Part shown: piece after piece, positions 24,700-36,862 of the stretch
Numbering within the stretch: the stretch's first letter is position 1
How the letters are laid out: each line of letters opens with the position of its first letter
Origin: Octopus bimaculoides
Lineage: Eukaryota
Length of the DNA stretch: 48,261 bases
Assembly (NCBI RefSeq): GCF_001194135.2
Contig: NC_068984.1
Span: 33,729,136 to 33,777,396, forward strand
Direction: 5' to 3'
Made by a program: the position numbers and the translations under genes
The notes under the pieces: generated by a model
What the model was told of the DNA's origin: nothing
Database searches by the model: none
The model's input: only the letters and a program-made list of their open reading frames with translations

Positions 24700-25400
24700 C
24701 ATCATCTGTGTTGATCATAAAATATGCAAAACAGAGGGAAGTGGTTAAACTAAAAGTAGATAAGGCAAAATGATTTTTCTCTTGAGTTAAATGTGGCATT
24801 AGAGAAACCCACAGTGAAATAGTCAATATATTTTGAATTGTAAAATTAGTTTTGTCTATAGGTAGACATATGTATTTACTCACTCTGCTTTGATAAGAGT
24901 CACCTTCTGTTCTGTAATATAATTTTATTTCCAAACTTTGACTGGAAATACACATTATGAGGTGGCAATGGGGAACTAACAGAAATTATTTAAATGCCAA
25001 TGAAACACTTTACAGTCATTAGGTAGATCAGAACAAAGCAGACACGATGTACAAATGCATTTTTGCAGGCTTGTTATGGTCACTTTATATTACCAAGAGA
25101 ACACAATTAAGATTGGTATATGAGATAGATCAGTCGATGCTGTAAATAATAAATAAAGCTGACACTGAAATTGTTTCAATCAAGATCGATGTGATGCGAC
25201 GTGGCATCAAGTCCAATTTGAGAAAATTGTCCAACTATAATCTAGCTTTTGATATAAAATGGCAAGGATATTGCCGGAAGCATACAACTAAAGGTGGCAG
25301 AATTCTCCTAGTTAACTTTAACATCTTCATGGCGTGGAATTAACATTTTATAAATATGAAAGATTATAGGAAGCATTTTTACACCTCATGTATGTTAATA
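24700..25400 (-). mobile_element. Very decayed Penelope-like element, GIY-YIG end
   Basis: Minus ORF pieces KLYYRTEGDSYQSR and SKYICLPIDKTNFTIQNIL resemble PLE YIG.TE..FK.R and LSKYIW.LKD....y.IkW.Il. An FSCM-like piece lies upstream. Confidence 0.4.
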
Positions 25401-26402
25401 TCAGACGCAGAATTTAAAATGGGATAAAATTGTTTCTAGCAGACATTAATTATCTTCTTGCTGGATACTTCATACTATTACAGTAATTATGTAGTTTCTA
25501 GACGAACTCTAGTCATGGTAAAAGTTTCGACTCCGGATTTGATAGCCAGCAATTAAATATGCATATAATGCAAAAGTGTAAATGGACAGGTCATAGGCAA
25601 ATAACCGAAAATGTTGCTAACATCTCCGTTGAACCATTGTAAAGTTACAAAATTATGAATTGACAAGAATTTTGTCTCCACTCCCCTGACGAAGGCGAGG
25701 CTATTTATCGACTCTCTCTGTATCCCTCTATCNNNNNNNNNNNNNNNNNNNNNNNNNNNNNNNNNNNNNNNNNNNNNNNNNNNNNNNNNNNNNNNNNNNN
25801 NNNNNNNNNNNNNNNNNNNNNNNNNNNNNNNNNNNNNNNNNNNNNNNNNNNNNNNNNNNNNNNNNNNNNNNNNNNNNNNNNNNNNNNNNNNNNNNNNNNN
25901 NNNNNNNNNNNNNNNNNNNNNNNNNNNNNNNNNNNNNNNNNNNNNNNNNNNNNNNNNNNNNNNNNNNNNNNNNNNNNNNNNNNNNNNNNNNNNNNNNNNN
26001 NNNNNNNNNNNNNNNNNNNNNNNNNNNNNNNNNNNNNNNNNNNNNNNNNNNNNNNNNNNNNNNNNNNNNNNNNNNNNNNNNNNNNNNNNNNNNNNNNNNN
26101 NNNNNNNNNNNNNNNNNNNNNNNNNNNNNNNNNNNNNNNNNNNNNNNNNNNNNNNNNNNNNNNNNNNNNNNNNNNNNNNNNNNNNNNNNNNNNNNNNNNN
26201 NNNNNNNNNNNNNNNNNNNNNNNNNNNNNNNNNNNNNNNNNNNNNNNNNNNNNNNNNNNNNNNNNNNNNNNNNNNNNNNNNNNNNNNNNNNNNNNNNNNN
26301 NNNNNNNNNNNNNNNNNNNNNNNNNNNNNNNNNNNNNNNNNNNNNNNNNNNNNNNNNNNNNNNNNNNNNNNNNNNNNNNNNNNNNNNNNNNNNTATATAT
26401 AT

Positions 26403-26548
26403 GTGTCGGGCTCCTTTCAGTTTCCGGTTTCCAAGTTCACTCACAAGGCTTTGGTCGGCATGAAGCTATAGTAGAAGACACTTGCTCAAGATTGAACCCG
26501 GAACCATGTGGTTGGTAAGCAAGTTACTTACCACACTGCCACTCCTGC
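26403..26548 (-). mobile_element. Family B SINE, 5' half
   Basis: cactcacaaggctttggtcggc..gctatagtagaagacacttgctcaag..cccggaaccatgtggttggtaagcaag. Confidence 0.88.
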
Positions 26549-26619
26549 ACACGCACGCACACATGCACGCGCGCGCACGTATATATAAATATATATTATT
26601 TTTATTTATTTATTCGTTT

Positions 26620-28410
26620 TATCTAGCTTCAGCATGAGATAGTTTGATGCAACTGCCCTCATCTGTACCTCTTGCTGCAAAGTTGGTTCATCTGGGACAC
26701 TTGACATGAAGATGTCCAGCTTTAATTTGAAGACACCTACATCCACCCCATGCAGGTCTCTCAGTTCATTCAGGAGGATATTGAAGAGCTGTGAACCTCT
26801 GAAGCCCAGGCTTTTGCAGTATCTTGTCGTACATATTGATGGAAATTTGGAGTCCTTGGTACTATTCAGTGACGCCCAGTTCTAGTATTTGTGTAACTCT
26901 CGAAGCCAAAGTTTGGGACAAGTCCGTCCAGAATCTTCCAGATGCATATTATGGCATATCTTTTCTGTAAGGAATGGAGTCTTAATCTCTTGAGTCTTTT
27001 CCAATAGCTTATATGCTGCATACAGGCTATTTTGTTCGTGTAGCATCATTGGATTGCCTTAAGTTCTGAGATTAATTTGACACTGGTTGGTGACCATAGC
27101 TGAGAGCAATAGTCAAAGAGGCTTGGGACAAGTGTCCTCCAGAGGACCATCATGGTTTCCTGAACTCTTGTTCTAAAAGTTCTAAGAATCCATCCGGTCA
27201 ACCGCCTGCATTTCATTGCTAATTTACCAACATGTACATGAAAGGATGTATCATTAGTCAGGTAAATGTCCAGGTCTCGCACTGACCGTGCTTCTGGGAT
27301 TGCAGTCCCTCCTGGTCCAGTGTATTTAATGGGTATTGCATTTAGTTTAGCACAAGGCTTGAAACTTTTCAGCATTAAACTGCATTCTATTCTTTTTAGC
27401 CCACTTGTGTATTTCATCCAGCTCACATTACAGGTGCATAGTGTCTTCAGGGTTCTGTATTACCTGCGAGACTTTTGTATCATCTGCATAAATTGTGATC
27501 GTGGCTCTCTGTGTGGCTGAGGGCATGTCTGAGAGGATCATTATGAACAGTAGTGGTCCCAAAACATTGCCTTTCCGAACAACGCTCACTATCTACGTGT
27601 CATTGGAGGTGGCCCTATTGGCTACTACCATCTTGACGTCTATCCTTCAGAAAGTCAGGAAGCCATTCTCCCAATTTTCAAACTATGCCGAGATCACGCA
27701 GTCTGTGACTTATCATTCTATGATCGACTTTAACAAACGCCTTTGAGTGGTTGAGCAACTGTTTCAGCACCCAGTCATAGTGTTGTAAGAGCTAAGTCAG
27801 GCAGCTTCTTCCAGGTCGGAAACCATGTTGGGTGTCAGGCAGCAATTCATTTTCTTCAAGGAAGGCGATTAGTTTTCTGATGACTATTCGTTCCATGACC
27901 TTGCTGATGTGCGAGGTCAGAGAGATAGGTCTGTAGTTCTTGGCTTCCACCTGCTACCTCCTTTATGAATAGGATATATTTTACCTTCCAGTTTTCTTGG
28001 AAGTTTGCCAGTTGCAAGGAAACTCTGAAACAGCGACTGCAGTGGTCTTGCTAGGACTCACTTACATACTTTTAGAATTTTAGAAGGACTGCTGGGAATC
28101 CATCAGGACCAGTAACTGAGTTTGGGTTCATTTCATCTATAGCCCATATTACATCGTCTTCTGTTATATTGATGTAATCGATCATCATTGCCTCTGTTTT
28201 TATAGCTGAAGTTTTAAAAAATCAGGGGTGAAGTGAAAATACTTTTGAATTACTCATTTAGTATTTCACTTATCCTCATTGGGTTTTCTATGAGTGTACC
28301 ATCTTTTTCGATGAGTGGCCCTATCCTGCAGTGCACGAAGCTGTTGCTTTGGCAAACTTGTAGAAAGCTCTGAGGTTAGATTTTATATTATCTATAGCCC
28401 AGGCATATAT
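26620..28410 (-). mobile_element. CR1/L2-group LINE, 3' part of ORF2 (RT pseudogene) plus 3' end
   Basis: Collinear motifs with stops and frameshifts: GPDGFPAVLLK, KNYRPISLTSHISKVMERIV, QHGFRPGRSCLT, SKAFVKVDH, GNVLGPLLFI, IYADDTKV, SVRDLDI, WILRTF, FDYCSQLWSP. Confidence 0.95.
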
Positions 28411-28905
28411 GCATATANNNNNNNNNNNNNNNNNNNNNNNNNNNNNNNNNNNNNNNNNNNNNNNNNNNNNNNNNNNNNNNNNNNNNNNNNNNNNNNNNNN
28501 NNNNNNNNNNNNNNNNNNNNNNNNNNNNNNNNNNNNNNNNNNNNNNNNNNNNNNNNNNNNNNNNNNNNNNNNNNNNNNNNNNNNNNNNNNNNNNNNNNNN
28601 NNNNNNNNNNNNNNNNNNNNNNNNNNNNNNNNNNNNNNNNNNNNNNNNNNNNNNNNNNNNNNNNNNNNNNNNNNNNNNNNNNNNNNNNNNNNNNNNNNNN
28701 NNNNNNNNNNNNNNNNNNNNNNNNNNNNNNNNNNNNNNNNNNNNNNNNNNNNNNNNNNNNNNNNNNNNNNNNNNNNNNNNNNNNNNNNNNNNNNNNNNNN
28801 NNNNNNNNNNNNNNNNNNNNNNNNNNNNNNNNNNNNNNNNNNNNNNNNNNNNNNNNNNNNNNNNNNNNNNNNNNNNNNNNNNNNNNNNNNNNNNNNNNNN
28901 NNNNC

Positions 28906-29275
28906 TACAACTGACCAAGTGCTTTCTCCCTTCCCCATTTTCACACTACATACGTCAAGATCACCGGCATTCTATCTCCCACACACAGCCCCTCGTTCTT
29001 CGATCACCGTTTGTTATCTCCCCCTTTTCTTAGCTCTCCTGAAAAAAGAATTTCTAACTTCCAGTCAGCCATTATTATGATTGACCGTTGACTGGACACT
29101 ATTCAATTTTTTTTCTCCGTGTTTTTCTCCTTGTCTCCGTATTCTTTCTGTTGAAGAGCGTAGCTCGAAACGTCAAAGACTTTCCGTATTCCTGAGCGTC
29201 ATACTAATACATCCTTTTGTTATTTACACCACCTGTCCTCGTCTGTTGTTGTTTTTTCGTATATTTTCCCATATA
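28906..29275 (+). mobile_element. PLE-type 3'-tail repeat with a degenerate minimal hammerhead motif at 29143-29179
   Basis: tcttt-CTGttgAAGA-g-cgtagct-c-GAAA-cGTC-aaaga, followed by a T-rich tail. Confidence 0.5.
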
Positions 29276-29289
29276 TAAACTGCCGCCAT

Positions 29290-29475
29290 GCATGAACAAC
29301 GCCTTGAAGAATTTTAGTCGAACGTGTCTAATCCAGGACTTAGTTTTTGTAATGTGGTACTTAATCTATCGTTCGTATTCCCGAACCGCTAAGTTACCGG
29401 GACGTAATTACACCAGCACCGTTTGTCAAGTTTTGTTGGGGACACAGTCAAACACAAAGACACACACGCAAATGC
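29290..29475 (-). mobile_element. Family B SINE, 3' half; a 5'-half fragment follows at about 29890-29995
   Basis: cgccttgaagaattttagtcgaac..ccaggactta..ccgaaccgctaagttac; also ctattgtagaagacacttacctaaggtgccacgcagt. Confidence 0.8.
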
Positions 29476-29570
29476 GATGATTTGATAAGTTTTACAATTC
29501 TGTAAATAATAATATTTTATAAGCTTAAAATTTACAAGCAATCACCGTGTATCGAATAAGGTAAATTGTA

Positions 29571-29748
29571 TAATATTGGGGTACATAAAACCTCGACGGA
29601 AAAACAAGGCTTTTCCTTACGCGTGGGACTCAAACCCACACCTCTGTATTTTGTAGCACACTTGTCGCAAAACATAGGTGTGTGAGTCGAGTACAATGCG
29701 TACAGAAAACCCGCTTTTCACATCAAAGGCTCATATATCCGGATATTA
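29571..29748. mobile_element. Old palindromic (fold-back/MITE-like) element
   Basis: The two arms align as an imperfect inverted repeat (taatat.., ttttc..tacgc, actc, cacacct) and the element is bounded by TA at both ends. Confidence 0.55.
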
Positions 29749-29815
29749 GACTATTTTTTTTTAGTCAATATACGTTGATCGTATATGAGCTTTAAACTCA
29801 TAGAATATTATTAAT

Positions 29816-29816
<1 letters not shown>

Positions 29817-29885
<69 letters not shown>
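29817..29885. repeat. (TG)n microsatellite
   Basis: Direct reading. Confidence 0.98.
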
Positions 29886-29888
<3 letters not shown>

Positions 29889-31109
29889 CAACAGGCTTCT
29901 TTCATGTTCCCTCAACCAAATCCACTCAGGAGCCTTTAGTCAGCCCCAGGCTATTGTAGAAGACACTTACCTAAGGTGCCACGCAGTGAAACTGATGACG
30001 TCTCTGTATCAGTCACACATCATTTTATTTTACCCTCTTCTACTGTTTTCTATATTGTAGAGTAGTTTAATTTTATTCTATATTTCGTTGAGGAGGCAGG
30101 AGTAATTTCGTAGTGTACGAGGCAAGCTCGAATCCTATGTGTGCTCATACTATTTCGAAAAATATTCCTCTACGAATCTCAGTTAAATAGATAAGTTTAC
30201 ACATCAAATAAAATCAAATAGAGTGGTGAACAGCCATACATTCACCCACCAATCGAAACACGTATAGATGCATAATAAGATTCTGCACCAGACAATCAAA
30301 TTCGTTAATCGTCGCTCACTGAGGATGAAAGCTGTTTTTTTTGCGCAGGTGTATTATTCTACAAAATTGTGAAATTCAATACCCCTAAGAACTGTCGGTA
30401 GCTCTTTATAATCAAGAATATGACGAGTGTCGTTTTGGCTTTAATTCGGCATTCAGAATATTCATGGCATATGTTTATGTTACACAACATGTATTTCGAC
30501 AATTATTCCAAATATTCATATTCTGAGTTCAAGTCAATTTTAGCATTCATTGAATGCCCAGGGCGATGTAATTATTTAGCTCCTCCTTTCAAAATAGTTT
30601 GCTTTGCTCTTAATTTTTTCTGTCATTCCCAATCGCGACTTCACTCCTGCTGCTTTTCATTCAGTGGTGTAACTCACGTCTCTTATTCTTTGTGTGAAGT
30701 AAAAGAAAATATTTATTGTCAACATAAATCAGGTGAAATATGAATGTTCGCAACGCTGTTTCATTTTTTCTGTACACTTATAGTTTCTATATAACATACA
30801 AAATCTTAATGGCTACATAAACTCAATGATAATGTGATATCCATGACATGTAGCGATAAGGGTATAGAGACATGCGTCAACACTTGATAGAAGTAGAATT
30901 AACTGGGAAAATAAATGTTTTAACATTCACTCTTTGCATAAGGTTAAGATCAAAACGAGTGATAAGAGACAAAATCGTTGTCCTAAGCACACACTGAGTA
31001 CTACACGTCACTCTTTACCGTATATTTTACATTGAACAATAAATAATTAGTCCAAAACCCAACAAAAGAAATCATGTAAGCGATAACTGAATTATTTTAT
31101 CACCTCTTT

Positions 31110-31295
31110 CATTCAGTATTTAGAGTGCGGCCAAGCTGGGGCACCTTCTAGAAAGGTTTTGAAGAAAAGGTAGACGCTAGCACTTGTCTGTAAGCTAGGT
31201 ACGTATTCTAATCTCTCTTTTGTCGAACCTCTAAGTTGCGGTACGTACACAAACAAACACTGGTCATGAAGTGGTGGTAGGAACAAGCACACACA
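31110..31295 (-). mobile_element. Family B SINE, 3' half
   Basis: tgcggccaagctggggcacc..tgtaagctaggtac..ttttgtcgaacctctaagtt. Confidence 0.75.
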
Positions 31296-31449
31296 CACAC
31301 ACACACACATATATACAGTGCATTCAGCCTACATTTAGTAGCTTGCGTAGCAGGAAAAGCAAATGCATTATCCCATTCAAAAATATAAGGTCGTTGAAAA
31401 ACCAAAGCATCAACTAGATTATGTCCAGGTGATAACAGTTTACTCAAAG

Positions 31450-31810
31450 TAACCGCCCTCCCCTCGCACCATAACCACGGCTCCGAAACCTGGTGTAGGC
31501 GTTCTTCACTGAGCAGATCTTTGAAATCTCTGTGATCTTGGTTCCTGGTTCGACCTTGGTGTTGCAGGCAGAGTTGTCTTTCTCAACCACACCCAGCACA
31601 GTAATCCATCGGGTTAAAATCGAGTAGGAAACCAGGAATTAGGCTGGTGACGTCGTAGAAATTCTCCGACAAATAAGTCTGACACTTTCTGGAGGTATGG
31701 CAAGAGGCTAAATCCTGCTACCACACATATGGTCTTCCAGCAATAACCCTCCCCAGCCAAAAATTGACCATAGTCTCTAGAAACTTCACATGACCGTCTT
31801 GAGCCTAAGG
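31450..31810 (-). mobile_element. Tc1/mariner superfamily relic, DD37D (maT)-like
   Basis: Minus strand reads VKFLETMVNFWLGRVIAGRPYVW*QDLASCHTSRKCQTYLSENFYDVTS, then (P)DFNPMDY. The third catalytic residue is D in a PD.NPmDY context. Confidence 0.8.
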
Positions 31811-32167
31811 CCTCTTCCAAACGTTGCTGGACTATTACCGATGTGTGAACGCAGTCAGAATGTCCCGTTGTGTCCCTTCTTACTTGCCGCTACGTCGTTG
31901 TCGCCTGCAACAATATATGTCTCGTCTTATTGCCTCTGTAGTAGTGTCCACAGAGTACTAAGCAGTTGTCATGATGTCAGTATTTGATACTGAGCACGAA
32001 GCATCATGCTACATGTAATTCGTTTCCAATCTTCAGACACTTTTCAGTCCTCCATGAACTTTTCATCAGCATTTACTTTAATATTTATGATCTCTAACGC
32101 CATTGTGTTCTCTAAGCACATGAAGCTGTTCCTGAAAACAAATGTGACATGCACGAACACCCAACAC

Positions 32168-32275
32168 ACAGAGGGAGTACCCAAAAGAAACCGGAATTTT
32201 GCAATGCTTAGACTTTTATCGCCTTCAGAGTAATCTCCATTTGTAACCCACAACACACGGAATTTGAAAATGAAT
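32168..32275 (-). mobile_element. Mariner 3' end including terminal inverted repeat
   Basis: Minus strand TNGDYSEGDK matches the mariner C-terminal motif nGDYFEGD. TIR-like gagggagtacccaaaagaaaccggaa follows. Confidence 0.7.
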
Positions 32276-32344
32276 TAATGAATATTTTCTGGAATGAAAA
32301 GTTCCACTAATTTTGTTTACGAGGAGACCAATACTTTAAAACAA

Positions 32345-33880
32345 GTTCACCTTTTGGTTAAGGAACTACGAAAGAAGCCTGAAATACTGGTACACGCGGA
32401 TAAAACCAGTAACATTGTATTATAACCTCTGTTCTCTGATTAGGAAAGACATTCTGAAAATCTCTAAAGTAACTTCTGAAATTAACCTGATTAAAAATTG
32501 ACTTCAACGCAAAAGAAATAGTAGAAGTGTTTCAACTAGAAGATAAAACAGAATGTTGCATCCCTAAAACTACTAGACAAAGCCTGAAGGGATCATAACT
32601 CTCTCTTCACTAACAGTCTTTTAGTAAATTTATTATTGACAAACACATACCTAAGTTTAGATAGACAATTAACTTATGGTCTAGTATTTATGAAGTGGTA
32701 GATTTGTTTATTGATATTTAGGATAAGATTACTCTAATTCTTACAATTGGATATATTTAATTATTATGCATTTATTAACCGAATTTTACGTGATACTCAA
32801 AATTGAGTATTATAATTCGAAAATTCTCTCTAAATTATTTACCTGTCTAGGCCTATCTGTATCTATTGAAAAAGAACATAATAGGGTTAATTCATTTATG
32901 TTAATTTGGATTTGGTTACGAGACTACACCAACCGTAAAATTAACCTAATGAACACCTTAAGTACATAAGTAAAAATTCTAATCAACCTACAAATATTAT
33001 TGGTTCTATCGTTAGAAATATCTCTATTGCTGTATATCAAGTATCTCGACTGATGAGGAAAGTTTGAAAAATTATGAAAACTATTACCACTGGCTGTGTG
33101 GTAAGTAGCTTGCTTATCAACTACATGGTTTTGGGTTCAATCCCACTGCGTGTCACCTTGGGCGAGTGTCTTCTACTATAACCTGGTGTGTTTACGTCCC
33201 CGTAACTTAACGGTTCAGCAAAAGATACCGATAGAATAAGTACTAGGCTTCCAAAGAATAAGTCCTGGGGTCGATTTGCTCGACTAAAGGAGGTGCTCCA
33301 GCAAGGCCGCAGTCAAATGACTGAAACAATTAAAAGCGTGAAAGAGTAAAGAATGTTTCTAGCAGAAGCTGAATTCAGAATAAAATTTCCTACTTTCCTA
33401 AAGATGGAATTGAAGGACATAATAATGAAATTAGTATTACGAATGAAATAAATATTGATAATGAGAATAGTAGACATAATGAACGAAATATTTACAAGCA
33501 GAAAGAAATCTTTAGACCTAGAAAATATAATCGCAATAACATGAATAACCTCAAAAGGAAGGATAATAATATAATTTATAGTAAATCCCATAAGAAATGT
33601 AATAATAATATAAGGAAATATAACATAAACATAGTAATGAGGAAAATAACAAACATAATAATCAGTTCAACAATTGTACACCTAGCTCTGGACATATATA
33701 TGCTATAATGCAGACTTCAAGTAGCTACAATTAACTCACCAAAATGTTTCGTTGCACTGGATAAACATTTTCCCCACTTAGCAAATGCATTCGGATATAT
33801 AATCGACACACGGTAAGGTTTAATTTTCCGACAACTAGCCCAAATTATTGCAGCGCATAATTATTAATAGAATTGCAAAG
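32345..33880 (+). mobile_element. Decayed Penelope-like element ORF with internal deletions, interrupted by a SINE
   Basis: Collinear PLE motifs: ILVHADKTSNI, AKEIVEVFQLEDKTEC, WSSIYEVVDLFIDI*DK, NLDL..PNEHLKYISKNSNQPTNII, LDKHF..IYNRHTV..QIIAAHN. Confidence 0.8.
33085..33327 (+). mobile_element. Young family B SINE (CORE-like) with the central part deleted
   Basis: ggctgtgtggtaagtagcttgc..gggttcaatcccactgcgtgtcaccttgggcgagtgtcttctacta|..gtgtttacgtccccgtaactta..ggggtcgatttgctcgac..ggccgcagtcaaatgactgaaac. Confidence 0.92.
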
Positions 33881-34084
33881 GTCGCTAAGGACCCAGTAAA
33901 CGCAATTAATAGTACAAATATAAATAATAGTAACTAGTATTGATAATAGCTATCGAGATGGAATGGGACAATATATTATGAATAAGAGTAGGGATACAGT
34001 TCTATACTTAAGAGGTGACGAGTTATGTACATTATTTACATTATTTACAATTGATGGATATTTGTGCTCATCTTGTTTGTTGTT

Positions 34085-34130
34085 AACACAACGTTTTGGC
34101 TGATATACCCTCCAGCCTTCATCAGGTGTC
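34085..34130 (-). ncRNA. Minimal type I hammerhead ribozyme relic (core GAAA>AAAA)
   Basis: Minus strand: gacac-CTGATGA-a-ggctg-gagggtatat-cagcc-AAAA-c-GTT-gtgtt, with an intact 5-bp stem II. Confidence 0.7.
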
Positions 34131-34202
34131 TTGGGGAAATTTCAAACGAAGGTTTTCATTCCTAATAATAAGAATGAGAACCCAGGTTTGAAATTACCCC
34201 AA

Positions 34203-34248
34203 GACACCTGATGAAGGCAGGTGGGTATATCAGCCGATACGTTGTGTT
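34203..34248 (+). ncRNA. Minimal type I hammerhead ribozyme relic (core GAAA>GATA)
   Basis: gacac-CTGATGA-a-ggcag..cagcc-GATA-c-GTT-gtgtt. Stem I is gacac/gtgtt and stem III is formed by the ACGT palindrome. Confidence 0.7.
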
Positions 34249-35204
34249 AACAACAAACAAGATGAGCCCAAATATCCATCAATTGTAAATAATGTAAATA
34301 ATGTAAGAGTATGGATATAGTAAATACATCAAATAAAGTTTTATAGAATTGTCTGATTTTAGACTTCGACGTGCACTGCAATTAATTTAATTAAAAACAG
34401 CTAAATACAGATGACTATTATATCAAAAGACACATAGATACCCAGTAGAAACACGTGTTGGAATATAAAGAAAAATGATTTAATAAATAAATTCTGAAGA
34501 AATTATATATTTATATATATTCGTTTTGCAAGGTTCTTGATGTGAAATCGTGTGTTGAAACAGATATTGTTGTATTTGGGGATGGTCATGTTGTCAGTTT
34601 AGCCAATAAAATCAAATGCACTATGTAATTGATGTCAATTTGCTCCAGCTTTATTTTATTTTTCACATTAATCGTATTTCGGCCAGAGTTCTTTCCGTAA
34701 TCGACTAACCGTTCCCACCTCCACTCAAATTTCTTTGTCTTGTGCCCAAATTTTAAAACATTATCAATATTTATATAAATGCATAAGGGCAAACTAAGCA
34801 GACTCGCTCCCATTTTGTTTAGATGATAATTTAATATGAAATTCTTTGAATACTAACAAAACTAATATTATGGAGTAGGAAGTAGATCTGAAGAAAATAG
34901 TATTCCATTTATCTTTTGTGAGTCCAGAACATGCAGTTCTAAGCACAAGTAGGAATCTTATAATATTATATATTAGGAGAGTTCTAATAGAAAATATCAT
35001 CGATTACGATTCGTTTCTTCCTACCTTTCCTAGTTAATTATATCTACATTCATAGACATATACACGTACGAAGTGGCGGTCTATAACAATACATATGTCT
35101 TATGACTAAAACAATTAAAATTTTCTGATATTTTCAAAGAGGAACACGGAGCTTATTACCTTTCTAAAAAAAAAAAATTAATATTTCTTCAACATAGACA
35201 TCAC

Positions 35205-35243
<39 letters not shown>

Positions 35244-35845
35244 NNNNNNNNNNNNNNNNNNNNNNNNNNNNNNNNNNNNNNNNNNNNNNNNNNNNNNNNN
35301 NNNNNNNNNNNNNNNNNNNNNNNNNNNNNNNNNNNNNNNNNNNNNNNNNNNNNNNNNNNNNNNNNNNNNNNNNNNNNNNNNNNNNNNNNNNNNNNNNNNN
35401 NNNNNNNNNNNNNNNNNNNNNNNNNNNNNNNNNNNNNNNNNNNNNNNNNNNNNNNNNNNNNNNNNNNNNNNNNNNNNNNNNNNNNNNNNNNNNNNNNNNN
35501 NNNNNNNNNNNNNNNNNNNNNNNNNNNNNNNNNNNNNNNNNNNNNNNNNNNNNNNNNNNNNNNNNNNNNNNNNNNNNNNNNNNNNNNNNNNNNNNNNNNN
35601 NNNNNNNNNNNNNNNNNNNNNNNNNNNNNNNNNNNNNNNNNNNNNNNNNNNNNNNNNNNNNNNNNNNNNNNNNNNNNNNNNNNNNNNNNNNNNNNNNNNN
35701 NNNNNNNNNNNNNNNNNNNNNNNNNNNNNNNNNNNNNNNNNNNNNNNNNNNNNNNNNNNNNNNNNNNNNNNNNNNNNNNNNNNNNNNNNNNNNNNNNNNN
35801 NNNNNNNNNNNNNNNNNNNNNNNNNNNNNNNNNNNNNNNNNNNNN

Positions 35846-35884
<39 letters not shown>

Positions 35885-35885
35885 G

Positions 35886-35917
<32 letters not shown>

Positions 35918-36799
35918 CGCATTCAGTTTTTGCCTAAGTATACAGTGCCAAGGATTACCTGATACGAAAGCAGTAATATTGATTACAAGGTCAATGCTTT
36001 AATAGAGATAAGATCTGGATATTTTCGAGTTGATCAGATATTTTATAGTGCTGATATTTATGTCATCAACTTCGTAAAATAAAAGGTAATGTCAAACCCA
36101 ATGTACTTTGATGTCAAAACACAAAGGAAGAAAATTAAATAGAATAATTCATTTACTTTTGTCCTCGTATATCTACCATCTCGCTATCCTCTACAGGCTA
36201 TCACTATTGATTTCTGACATAGAACGTTCGATCAAAGATATAAATTTCCAAGAGTAAATCCAAGTCGATTGAATAGAATCTTTTATCCATTAAGTGACTC
36301 AAATTATGTAATATCACTATAGTTACACTCCTTATGATGCCATAATGCCATAATGCTGTAGACTTCTCCTAGATTTAATAGAGTTAAGATATATAATTTC
36401 TACATCTTTATCATGAAGCATTTTTCTAGTCATCTCCAATTGTTATTTCACTGGTATTTTCCCATAGTCAATCCTGTTATGCCGCGTCTTAGAAACGAAC
36501 AAAACCTCCTCTACTATACCCACTATGGTTTGATTCGGTCAGGTTCGGGAACGCTTTTCAATCTGTGCAGTTTCAACCACGAAGGTTCTAAAAATTGTTG
36601 TATCCTATAAATGACATCAATAAAACCAATATCTCTTGATATTTCCGTTTATTTTGTCTAGTGAGGCTACCAGTAACCCAAATTATTTTACATCTTTTCA
36701 ACATATTTCAGGTTTACTGTTAAAAAAATCTAATACAATATTTTTTTATAACGATTTTAATATTTTATTGTGGGTTGACTTCGTCATGAGTGTATTACT

Positions 36800-36862
<63 letters not shown>

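Larger units (their letters stand above)
34028..34305. repeat. 278-bp palindrome made of two divergent PLE-type tail (pLTR) copies
   Basis: Arms about 34028-34160 and 34173-34305 are near-perfect reverse complements with a short central loop. Confidence 0.95.

Noticed and set aside
25686-25715. CTGACGAAGGC hammerhead-like start near the minus-strand PLE relic
   Set aside because: No GAAA or closing stem II follows. At best a truncated relic.
30318-30335. CTGAGGA-t-GAAA
   Set aside because: No room for stem II; a chance match.
33048-33070. CTGATGAGG...GAAA as a hammerhead
   Set aside because: No stem II or stem I. It falls where the PLE ORF encodes STDEESL, after the SNQP motif.
34520-34760. 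Possible further PLE-tail repeat (gccgaaatacg on the minus strand)
   Set aside because: No CUGANGA half-core remains and there is no second copy in the window to support it.
35204-35880. (CA)n and (TG)n facing each other as a fold-back
   Set aside because: They are separated by an N-gap, so the arrangement may be a scaffolding artefact.
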